From: an uncultured Chloroflexia bacterium
Lineage (GTDB): Bacteria; Chloroflexota; Limnocylindria; Limnocylindrales; CSP1-4
DNA: 64,000 nt
Assembly (NCBI GenBank): GCA_963835845.1
Contig: CAWIGT010000009.1
Location: 324,949-388,948, forward strand
Direction: 5' to 3'
How positions within the stretch are numbered: the first letter of the stretch is position 1; every line of letters begins with the position of its first letter. The translations under genes were made by a program, and so were the position numbers. Positions 8,542-17,050 of the stretch are shown here, in pieces. The notes beneath the pieces were generated by a model. That model searched no databases, was not told where the DNA came from, and was given only the letters and a program-made list of their open reading frames with translations.

Positions 8542-9591
8542 GTGGCGAAAGCGCACCAAAACCATCAAGGCGACGTCGATCCGGCAGGCAGCGCCGGGGT
8601 CCCGGCGGCGAGCGCCGGGGCCGCCGCGGCGACAACCCCGCCCACAACTCCGACGGCCGCCCAGGAGGATGGCGCCGCGCGGAAGGAAACCGTCCGGGCG
8701 GAGCGTCGCGAGCGAAGGCAGGCCGGATCGTCCGCCGAGCGTCACGAGGGCGCGAAGATCGCTCGCGCGGGCGCCTTCGACCCGACCACCGGCGATCTCG
8801 TACGCAAGCATCGGCACCGCCTCGACCCCAAGCTTTACGCCTCCGAGCTCGCCAGGCTGCAGGTGGAACTCGTCAAACTCCACGAATGGGTCCGGTTGCG
8901 CGGGCTGAAGGTCGTGTGTCTTTTCGAGGGGCGCGACGCGGCCGGCAAGGGCGGCGTCATCAAGCGAATCACTGAGACGCTGAACCCGCGCGTCGCCCGC
9001 ATCGTCGCCCTTGGCATCCCCACGGAGCGCGAGAAGTCGCAGTGGTATTTCCAGCGCTACGTCGCCCAGCTCCCGGCCGCCGGCGAGTGGGTGCTCTTCG
9101 ACCGCAGCTGGTACAACCGCGCCGGCGTCGAGCACGTCATGGGCTTCTGTACGCAAGCGGAGTACGAAGACTTCCTCCGGACCGCGCCCGAGTTCGAGCG
9201 AATGCTGATCCGATCGGGAATCATCCTGATCAAATACTGGTTCTCGGTCAGCGACGAAGAGCAGGAGCGGCGCTTCCAGGATCGGATCAACCAGCCCACC
9301 AAACGCTGGAAGATCTCGCCCATGGACGTCACCGCGCGCTCCAAGTGGGTCGACTACTCCCGGGCCAAAGACGCCATGTTCGCGGCAACGGACACGCCCG
9401 AGGCGCCCTGGTGGGTCGTGGAGGCGGACGACAAGGAGCGGGCCCGGCTGAATTGCATCAACCACCTGCTGACCACGATCCCCTACCAGGACACGACGCC
9501 GGCGCAGATCGTCCTGCCGCCACGGCAGGTGGATCAGGGCTACAAGCGACCGCCGATCAAGCACCAGCACTTCATCCCCGAGAAGTACTGA
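8542..9591 (+). CDS. ppk2: Polyphosphate kinase 2 (PPK2 family)
   Basis: GTG start 6 nt after AAGGAGG. Walker A FEGRDAAGKGG. FDRSWYNRAGVE and PWWVVEADDK motifs. Confidence 0.9.
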   Translation: MAKAHQNHQGDVDPAGSAGVPAASAGAAAATTPPTTPTAAQEDGAARKETVRAERRERRQAGSSAERHEGAKIARAGAFDPTTGDLVRKHRHRLDPKLYASELARLQVELVKLHEWVRLRGLKVVCLFEGRDAAGKGGVIKRITETLNPRVARIVALGIPTEREKSQWYFQRYVAQLPAAGEWVLFDRSWYNRAGVEHVMGFCTQAEYEDFLRTAPEFERMLIRSGIILIKYWFSVSDEEQERRFQDRINQPTKRWKISPMDVTARSKWVDYSRAKDAMFAATDTPEAPWWVVEADDKERARLNCINHLLTTIPYQDTTPAQIVLPPRQVDQGYKRPPIKHQHFIPEKY

Positions 9592-9721
9592 GCTGCGGCG
9601 GGACGCCGGCGGCGCGGCAGCGGGCCGGGGCCGGGCTCAGCCGCATGGTGCGGGTGGGACCGGCGCCTCGTCCGCCGGTTCGCCCGGCCGGCAGGTCGTC
9701 GGAAGGGCGTAACATCGCGCC

Positions 9722-10456
9722 GTGTCCGACCAGCTGTCATTGAGTCTCACCGGCGACGTGACGCGGCTGCCACGGTCGATGAGACCGATGCTGGCCCGGC
9801 CGATCGACGCCGCGTTCGACTCCGACGAGCACGTCTTCGAGCCGCGCTGGGGCGGTCGCCGAGCGCTGGCTTTCATCGAGCCGGACGGAACACCCAGAGG
9901 CGTTCGGCTGAGGCTGATCGACGAGAATGGCCGCGACCTGGCGGGGCACCTGCCGGAGCTGGCCTCGCTGCCCGACCTGGTCGACGAGTTGCCGGCGATC
10001 GTGGACGGCGAGATCGTCATGCCGGACAAGGTCGGCCGCATGGACGAAGACGCACTTGTTGCCAGGCTCGCCGACGGGGAAACGACCGGGTCGACGCCGG
10101 TGTTTCTGGCCTTCGACCTGTTGTGGGCCGCGGGTCACCCGATCATCGCCCAGCCGCTGGTCAGGCGCCGCGAGCATCTGGCCAAAATCCTCCACCCAAG
10201 CGTCGAACTCGTGGTCCTGCCCGGGGTGGTCCGCGACGGCATCGACCTGTATTTCGCGGTTGCCCAGCAGGGACTTCGAGGCGTGATGGCCCGCCACTTG
10301 CGCAGCCCGTACCTGCCCGGCCGGCGAAGCGACCTGTGGCGCTGGATCGCGTCACGGCCGGGAGAGATGCCACTCCACATCCTGCCGGACCCGGTCGTGG
10401 CTCCGCCCTCGCGTCCCGTCCTGGCCCTGATCCAGCGCCTGCCGCTCGACGACTGA
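9722..10456 (+). CDS. ATP-dependent DNA ligase adenylation-domain homologue with catalytic Lys replaced (motif I EPRWGGRR); no OB domain
   Basis: 244 aa, collinear by eye with LigD/LigC ligase motifs: I EPRWGGRR, III FLAFDLL, DGEIV, V GVMARHLRSPYLPGRRSDLWRWI. Confidence 0.65.
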   Translation: MSDQLSLSLTGDVTRLPRSMRPMLARPIDAAFDSDEHVFEPRWGGRRALAFIEPDGTPRGVRLRLIDENGRDLAGHLPELASLPDLVDELPAIVDGEIVMPDKVGRMDEDALVARLADGETTGSTPVFLAFDLLWAAGHPIIAQPLVRRREHLAKILHPSVELVVLPGVVRDGIDLYFAVAQQGLRGVMARHLRSPYLPGRRSDLWRWIASRPGEMPLHILPDPVVAPPSRPVLALIQRLPLDD

Positions 10457-10504
10457 CGCGCGCTCGCCGACTTGCGCGCCGCCGCCGAGCCGCGGCCGGA
10501 GAAG

Positions 10505-11809
10505 CTAGCGCGAGACGCGGGCGGCTCTGAACACCTCGCGCAGGCTGACACGCTGGCCGTACAGCAGCACGCCGGCGCTGTAGATCCGCGCCGCCAGGAA
10601 GAGCGCCACGGCGATGCTGGCCAGCAGGATCAGCGCGGACAGAACGAATTCCCATAACTCGACGTGGCCCAGCGAGACGCGGGCCAGCATCAGGTAGGGG
10701 CTGAAGAACGGCACGAACGAGGCGATCTTCACCCAGGACTCGTCGATCGCCTGGATCCCGAAGATCGACATGAAGTAGCCAATCATGATCAGCATCATCA
10801 GCGGCGAGGTTGCGCTCTGGACGTCTTCCTGCCGGCTGACAAGCGAACCAAGGGCCGCGTAGAGCAGCGAGTACATCGTGAAGCCGAGTATGAAGAGCAC
10901 CACGAAGGCGGCCAGTACACTCGGGCTCAGGCCTCCGAATTGAGTGCCGGAGCTCGTCCCCACGACGGCCTTGTGGATCGGATCCTGGGCCAGCAACCCG
11001 GCGATGACCGAGGCCAGGATGATGCCGTATTGCGTCAATCCCGCCCCACCATTGCCCAGCACCTTGCCCGTCAGCATCTGCAGCGGCGTGGTGGCGTTGA
11101 GCATCAACTCCATCACCCGGCTGCCCTTCTCCTCGGCCACGCTCATCGCCACCCAGACGCCATAGGTGACGATGGCCATGAAGATCAGCACGATCAAGCC
11201 GGTCGAGAGCAGGTTGGCGGAGACCTCCTGGCTGACGCTGTTGGTGCCGACCGAATTGGCGTTGAGCGGCGCCACCGTCAGGGCGAACGGGGCCCGGAGC
11301 GCGGTCGTCGAGGTCCCGGCGCGGAAGAGCCGGTCCTCGATTTCCAGCGAGCCGAGTGCCGCCTCGATCGCCTTCACGGCCATCCCGTCCTCCGGGCTGT
11401 CGGTTCGTATCGTGAAGGCGAGGTCTTTCGTCGCAGCAGTGCGGTCCACGACGACCATGACCTCATATTTGCCTTGCTGGACGTCAGTCTTGATCGCGTC
11501 CGGGTCCGCGCCCGGCAGCCAGCTGACGACGTACGGCGTATGACCGGGCGTGGTCGACTGGCCGTTCAACTGGTTGTCCAGGACCGTCAGCGAGTCCGGC
11601 GGCATGTTCGACGCGTCAACCACGACGGCCATCCGCGTCTGGCTCGTGTTGATCGAGAGGTCGATAAGCACCGGTAGCTGAGTGGCCAGGAAACCGATCG
11701 CCGCCAGCAGGATCGTGCCGATGACGAAACTCCGTGTCCTGACCCGGCTGCGATATTCGCGAACCGCCACGTACCAGGCGTTGGGAAAGAGCGTCCGCCA
11801 GCGGCTCAT
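10505..11809 (-). CDS. ABC-2 type transporter permease (NatB/YhaP-like)
   Basis: 434 aa. N-terminal TM helix, large extracytoplasmic loop, C-terminal cluster of TM helices. ATGA overlap with the upstream ATPase gene. Confidence 0.8.
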   Translation of the reverse strand: MSRWRTLFPNAWYVAVREYRSRVRTRSFVIGTILLAAIGFLATQLPVLIDLSINTSQTRMAVVVDASNMPPDSLTVLDNQLNGQSTTPGHTPYVVSWLPGADPDAIKTDVQQGKYEVMVVVDRTAATKDLAFTIRTDSPEDGMAVKAIEAALGSLEIEDRLFRAGTSTTALRAPFALTVAPLNANSVGTNSVSQEVSANLLSTGLIVLIFMAIVTYGVWVAMSVAEEKGSRVMELMLNATTPLQMLTGKVLGNGGAGLTQYGIILASVIAGLLAQDPIHKAVVGTSSGTQFGGLSPSVLAAFVVLFILGFTMYSLLYAALGSLVSRQEDVQSATSPLMMLIMIGYFMSIFGIQAIDESWVKIASFVPFFSPYLMLARVSLGHVELWEFVLSALILLASIAVALFLAARIYSAGVLLYGQRVSLREVFRAARVSR

Positions 11810-12750
11810 GCCGGCACCGCCCTGGGCGCGAGCGTCCTTTCGGACACGTCGATCTGGCCGACGTGCTCGATGAAGATCTGCTCGAGCGACGGGTCCGTTA
11901 TCTCGAAGTGCCGGACGGCGCAGCCTCGACTCAAGGCGGCGGTGAGGACCGAGCCGGGATCATTGCCGGGCGCCACTTCCACCTCCGTGTAGTCCTGGCC
12001 GCGCCGGGTGACGCGCACTCCGTCGAGTGTCGCGAGCCAGGGCATCTCGGCGTCGGCCTCGACCGCCACCCGCACCATCTGCCGACCCGTCGAGCGACGG
12101 ACGTCGCGGACCGACCCGCCCACGACGACCTTGCCGCGGTCCAGGATCGCGATCGACTCGCACAGCTCCTCGACGGTCTCCATCTGGTGCGTAGAGAAGA
12201 TCAAGGTCTTGCCGCGGTCTCTCATCTCAGTGAACGCCTCTTTCAGGATGGCGGCGTTCACCGGGTCGAGGCCGGTGAACGGCTCGTCCATCAGCAGCAC
12301 CTGCGGGTCGTGCAGGATGGCGGCGATGAACTGGATCTTCTGCTGGTTGCCCTTCGACAGCTGCTCGGCCCGCCGGTCGGCATATTCGGGGATCCGGAAC
12401 CGCTCGAGCCAGTCGCGAGCCTCGCGCTCGGCCGACTTGCCGGGCACGCCGTGCAGCTTGGCGAAGAAGACCAGCTGCTCGAGAACGTTCATCTTGGCGT
12501 ACAGCCCGCGCTCTTCGGGCAGATATCCCCAGGTTTCGCGCGGCAGACTGGTATTGAGCCTGCCGTTCCAGGTTACGGTCCCGGAGTCCGGCCTCAGGAT
12601 GTCCAGCACGATGCGCATGGCCGTCGTCTTGCCCGCGCCGTTGGCGCCGAGAAACCCGAACACCTGACACGGCTCGATCTCCAGGGAGACATCGGCCAGC
12701 GCCTGGACCTCACCGAAGCATTTCGATACCGATTCGATAATCAGCGACAT
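11806..12750 (-). CDS. ABC transporter ATP-binding protein (NatA-like, with C-terminal accessory domain)
   Basis: Walker A GANGAGKTT, signature LSKGNQQK, Walker B LLLMDEP. Confidence 0.9.
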   Translation of the reverse strand: MSLIIESVSKCFGEVQALADVSLEIEPCQVFGFLGANGAGKTTAMRIVLDILRPDSGTVTWNGRLNTSLPRETWGYLPEERGLYAKMNVLEQLVFFAKLHGVPGKSAEREARDWLERFRIPEYADRRAEQLSKGNQQKIQFIAAILHDPQVLLMDEPFTGLDPVNAAILKEAFTEMRDRGKTLIFSTHQMETVEELCESIAILDRGKVVVGGSVRDVRRSTGRQMVRVAVEADAEMPWLATLDGVRVTRRGQDYTEVEVAPGNDPGSVLTAALSRGCAVRHFEITDPSLEQIFIEHVGQIDVSERTLAPRAVPA

Positions 12751-12885
12751 CGATCATCCAGTTGCAGCCGCGTGGTGCGAAGTTGGTGCGAACCGCCGGT
12801 TGCCAGACTAACGCAGCCTCGGCCTTTGCGAGCGCCGCTACCGACGCCACCGATACCATAGGATCCCGCCCAGATAGGTCCGGCG

Positions 12886-15471
12886 TCAGGCCACCCATGG
12901 CCGGTGCCGTGTGGCCCGGTAGATCTCGGCGACGAGCGCCGGCGCCAGCGCAACGATCGCCACCAGCAGCCAATCGAAAGCGTCGAGCGGCGTGGCCTGG
13001 AATGCATCCCGCAACGGCGGCACGAACGGGATCGCGATCTGGACGGCAACACAGATGACGCCCCCGCCGAGCAGCAACATGTTCGGGCGCCGAAGCAGAA
13101 CCGGATAGGCCAGGCTGCGGTTGGCGTTGGCCCTCACTACCTGACCCATCACCAGGGCCGTGTAGGCGAGCCAGCGGGCATGCGTGAAGTCGGGGCTGTG
13201 CTGCTCGATCAGGTACAGCGCGGCGAAGGCGCTGAAGCCGCCGGCCAGGCAGATGCGCGAGAGGATGGTCCAGTCGAGCAGCGGCTTGGTGCGCGGTCGC
13301 GGCGGCCGCTGCATCGCTCCGGGCTCCTCGGCTTCGCCCTCGAACGAGACGGCCGTGAGCATGTCGATGAAGACTTCGAGCCACAGGATCTGGATTGGCA
13401 GAAGCGGCTGACCGAAGCCCGCGATCGTGGCGATCAGGATGAAACCGAGCATGGCCACGTGGGTCGAGACCAGGAATACGAGGCCCTTCTGCACGTTGGC
13501 CACCAGGCGGCGGCCCTCGCGCAAACCGTGCATGAGCGTCACGAACGAGTCGTCGTTCAGCACCAGATCCGAGGCTTCGCGGGCGACGGCCGTGCCGCTG
13601 CCCATCGCCACGGCGACGTCGGCGTGGTGAAGCGCCGGGGCGTCGTTCACGCCGTCGCCGGTCACCGCCACGGTCCGCCCGGCCGCGCGAGCCACGTCGA
13701 CGATCCGGAGCTTCTGCTCGGGGATCGCCCGGGCGACGACGTGGAGCCGCGGCAGCTCGTCGGCCAGGCGGGCATCGTCCCAGTCGGCCAGCTCCGTGCC
13801 CGTTACGACGTGGGCATTCGGCAGCCCGGCGTCGGCCGCGATTGCCGCGGCGGTCGTGGGATGGTCGCCCGTGACTACGAGAGGGTGTATGCCCGCGGCC
13901 AGGGCCAGCGACATCGCCTCCCGAATGCCCGGACGAATCCTGTCCGCGAAGGCGAGCAGGCCGAGCGGAAGCCACTCGTCGCCGTCCAGGCAGCGCGCCA
14001 GCAGCAACAGGCGCTCCCCCGCCTTCGCGCCGCGCTCGATGAGCTGGTGCCAGGACTGCCGCTCGAGCTCCGATAAGCCGGAGCACATCTCGAGCACGGC
14101 TTCGGGCGCGCCGAGCGCGAGCTCCTCGACGGCGACGCTGCCGTCGGCTTTCGCCCGGCGGGCGCGGGTTCGGGAGTACGGCCGGTCGTCGGCAACCGGT
14201 TCGGCCTCGACCAGGTCGTCCGGATCGAGATCGAGCACGACGGCCTGCTCCTGAAGGAACCCGAGCAGCGAGCGGCTGAACGAACTCGGCTTGCTGCCCG
14301 TCACGATGCTCCAGGCATCCTCTTCGGCCCGAAGAGCCAGCGTAGCCAGCTCCACGACCCGGGCCTGGTCCTCGATCACACCGTTCGGAGTTCGGATGGC
14401 CGTGAGCGCCAGGCGGTTCTCGGTCAGCGTACCGGTCTTGTCGGTGACGATGAGATCGACCGACCCGAGCGTCTCCTGAGCGGAGAGCCTCCGAACCAGG
14501 ACCTTCATCTTCATCAGCCGGTAGGCGCCCAGGCCGAGGACCACCGCCACCAACGCGGGCGGCTCCTCCGGGATTGCCGCGATCGCCGCCGAGATTCCGG
14601 CAAGCAGGTTCTTGCCCGCCTCCTGGCCGCGCAGGAACCCGAGCGAAACCACGATGGTGATCAGGCCGACCGCCACGACGAAGAGGATCCGGACGAGCCG
14701 GTCCATCTCCCGCTGCAACGGCGAGCGGCGCCGCTCCCGTCCGGCCAGTGCCTGCGAAATACGCCCGAACTCGGTCTGGAGTCCGGTGGCGACGACCACG
14801 CCCTCCCCGCGCCCGCCGACCACGGCGGTTCCCCCGAAAGCGATGCAGTGGCGGTCTGCCAGGGCTGCCCCGGCCGGGTCCGGTTCGGCCGAAGCCGGCT
14901 CCGGCAGCGACTCGCCGGTCAGGGCGCTGCGGTCGAAGGTCAGGGCTTCGGTGCGGATGAGCCGCAGGTCGGCCGGAACGACGTCGCCGGTTCGCAACAG
15001 GACCACGTCGCCGGGGACTATGTCGCGCGTGGGAACGTCATCCACGGCGCCGTCCCGCCGCACCCGACCAAGCGGCGCCGCCGCCTCGCGCAGCGCGTCG
15101 AGAGCTTTCTCGCCGCGGTACTCGGTGACGACGCCGGCGCCGACGATGGGAGCCAGGATCACCAGCACGAGCAGGCCGTCTCGGACTTCGTTCAGGGCGA
15201 TGGCCAGGCACCCGGCGACGAACAGCAGGACCACGAACGGTTCGCGGGCGCCTTCCCAGCAGAGTCGCAACAACGACGCCTTGTGCGAGGGTTCGAGCTC
15301 ATTTGGACCGAACTCGGACAGTCGCTTCGCGGTCTGTTCTGATGTGAGGCCCAGCGCGGCATCCGTGCCCAGCCTCTCCAGAACGGAGTTGGCCGACAGC
15401 TGTGCAGCCGTATCCGAAAGTGTGGCAATGGAAGCAGAGGGCGACGCGAGGCTCTCTCGAGCAGCAGTCAT
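12886..15471 (-). CDS. P-type cation-transporting ATPase (P2 type, Ca2+/Mg2+-like)
   Basis: DKTGTLTEN phosphorylation motif, TGDGVNDAPAL hinge, Cation_ATPase_N-like N-terminus. Start taken at MTAARES (15471). Confidence 0.9.
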   Translation of the reverse strand: MTAARESLASPSASIATLSDTAAQLSANSVLERLGTDAALGLTSEQTAKRLSEFGPNELEPSHKASLLRLCWEGAREPFVVLLFVAGCLAIALNEVRDGLLVLVILAPIVGAGVVTEYRGEKALDALREAAAPLGRVRRDGAVDDVPTRDIVPGDVVLLRTGDVVPADLRLIRTEALTFDRSALTGESLPEPASAEPDPAGAALADRHCIAFGGTAVVGGRGEGVVVATGLQTEFGRISQALAGRERRRSPLQREMDRLVRILFVVAVGLITIVVSLGFLRGQEAGKNLLAGISAAIAAIPEEPPALVAVVLGLGAYRLMKMKVLVRRLSAQETLGSVDLIVTDKTGTLTENRLALTAIRTPNGVIEDQARVVELATLALRAEEDAWSIVTGSKPSSFSRSLLGFLQEQAVVLDLDPDDLVEAEPVADDRPYSRTRARRAKADGSVAVEELALGAPEAVLEMCSGLSELERQSWHQLIERGAKAGERLLLLARCLDGDEWLPLGLLAFADRIRPGIREAMSLALAAGIHPLVVTGDHPTTAAAIAADAGLPNAHVVTGTELADWDDARLADELPRLHVVARAIPEQKLRIVDVARAAGRTVAVTGDGVNDAPALHHADVAVAMGSGTAVAREASDLVLNDDSFVTLMHGLREGRRLVANVQKGLVFLVSTHVAMLGFILIATIAGFGQPLLPIQILWLEVFIDMLTAVSFEGEAEEPGAMQRPPRPRTKPLLDWTILSRICLAGGFSAFAALYLIEQHSPDFTHARWLAYTALVMGQVVRANANRSLAYPVLLRRPNMLLLGGGVICVAVQIAIPFVPPLRDAFQATPLDAFDWLLVAIVALAPALVAEIYRATRHRPWVA

Positions 15472-15554
15472 GACGGGCCACCAGATCGAGCCGGGTCCGC
15501 TGCTCGAAGGCAAATCTTCGGGCGTCCGCCCCGACGCCGACTCTAGAATGGAGC

Positions 15555-15905
15555 ATGGCCACCAACCCCGCAACACAGCCCACCAATATCAACGCACAAC
15601 GAGAGGCCGGCCGCGTGACCGTCGACTGGGCGGACGGCCATCACAGCGAATTCGACGCTGTGACCCTGCGCCTCCTATGTCCCTGCGCTTTCTGCCAGGG
15701 CGAAGCGGGCCGGCCGGGCTGGCTGGACACGAACCCAACGCTCACAGCCACGCAGACGCAACTGGTCGACATGCACCTGATCGGCTCCTACGCGGTCGGC
15801 CCGGTTTGGGCGGACGGCCACGACACCGGCTACTACACGTTCGAGGCCTTGAGAGCGAACTGCCCCTGCCAGACCTGCGCCGCGCAGCGCGCCTCCGGCC
15901 TCTAA
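15555..15905 (+). CDS. DUF971 family protein (gamma-butyrobetaine hydroxylase-like N-terminal domain)
   Basis: 116 aa with LRLLCPCAFCQGE and NCPCQTC cysteine motifs. Confidence 0.7.
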   Translation: MATNPATQPTNINAQREAGRVTVDWADGHHSEFDAVTLRLLCPCAFCQGEAGRPGWLDTNPTLTATQTQLVDMHLIGSYAVGPVWADGHDTGYYTFEALRANCPCQTCAAQRASGL

Positions 15906-16069
15906 CGCGCCACCGGTCAACCTTGCGAACGACGCAGGCTTCGTCCCATCGACCGACCCGCACGGGAGCGGGAGGGCCGACAATCTGACCGAGGGCTTCG
16001 TCAGGCCCAGTCCCGGCCACTTCCGGCCGGCATCCAGCGATCGTCCTACCAATCACTCAAGGAGAGCAA

Positions 16070-16417
16070 ATGATCGTCGCCACCACCCCGTACCTGGCCG
16101 GATACCGGGTCACCGAAGTCAAGGGCCAGGTATTCGGCCTGGTCGTGCGAAGTCGGGGCTTCGCCGGCAACTTCGCCGCCGGCCTGCGCTCGCTCGTGGG
16201 CGGCGAGATCCACGAGTACACCGAGCTGCTTGAGTCGACACGGCGCCAGGCTCTCGACCGAATGGTCCAGAACGCGACCACGATGGGCGCCAACGCGGTG
16301 CTCTCGATGCGGTTCGACTCGTCCGAGATCGGCAGCACCATGTCCGAGATCGTCGCCTACGGCACGGCTGTCGTCGTCGTGCCGGACGCCGGCGCGGCCA
16401 ACCAGACGGCCGAATAG
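16070..16417 (+). CDS. YbjQ/UPF0145 family protein
   Basis: AAGGAGAG before the ATG. MIVATT..L.GY.V.EVKG.V.G..VRSR and EA...M...A...GANAV..MRFD pattern. Confidence 0.85.
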   Translation: MIVATTPYLAGYRVTEVKGQVFGLVVRSRGFAGNFAAGLRSLVGGEIHEYTELLESTRRQALDRMVQNATTMGANAVLSMRFDSSEIGSTMSEIVAYGTAVVVVPDAGAANQTAE

Positions 16418-16506
16418 GCCCAGGCTCCGGGTTGTCGGGCCCGTTGCCTTCACCTCGCGGCGCGGGTCCGGCCGCCCAACTGCAGGAACGCCTCTTCGAG
16501 ACAGAC

Positions 16507-16857
16507 ATGCTCCAACAAGCAATTCGATCTCTTGCCTTCGTGGCCGGCGGGCTCATCTTCTTCGGCGGGGTCGTGGCCATCGCCGCGGGCGGGCCGGCGG
16601 CCCCCTCAGGCATCTGGGCCGTGGGGATCGGCGCGGCGTTCATGATCGCGGCGCTTCTCCAGCGGCCTCGCTACCGCTCCGAAGCCGCGGAACGGAGCCA
16701 CGCGACGCCGGGGCCCGGCGGTGGAGAGGAAGGCTACCTCGAGCCGCGCTTCATGCCGACGACCGAGGTCTTCAGGGACCCGACGAGTGGCCGTTTGATG
16801 CGCGTCTACGAAGATCCGCACAGCGGCGAGCGACGCTACCGCGCCGAGGCCTGGTAG
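16507..16857 (+). CDS. Small membrane protein, unknown function
   Basis: Two hydrophobic helices followed by a charged tail. Start taken at MLQQAIRSL. Confidence 0.5.
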   Translation: MLQQAIRSLAFVAGGLIFFGGVVAIAAGGPAAPSGIWAVGIGAAFMIAALLQRPRYRSEAAERSHATPGPGGGEEGYLEPRFMPTTEVFRDPTSGRLMRVYEDPHSGERRYRAEAW

Positions 16858-17050
16858 CTCTCGACCCCGGCCGCGCGGCCGGCCCCGCTCGCCGATCGAA
16901 CTCGATCGGCCGTCTCGCCCCGCGCAGCGAACCGACGCTCTCGCCGGCCGTACGGGGCCGGACCTATTGCGCAGAAGCGCGGACCGATGAGAATGGGCCG
17001 ATGCACTTCCCGGCCGACGACCAGACAGCGTAAAGGGCGCACCCGAGCAC

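Noticed and set aside
7192-9570. 792-aa minus-strand ORF that looks like one giant protein
   Set aside because: Only the C-terminal ~420 aa (7192-8457) are an MFS transporter. The N-terminal half is Arg/Asp/Gly-rich antisense of the ppk2 gene, which has clear PPK2 motifs and its own AAGGAGG-GTG start.
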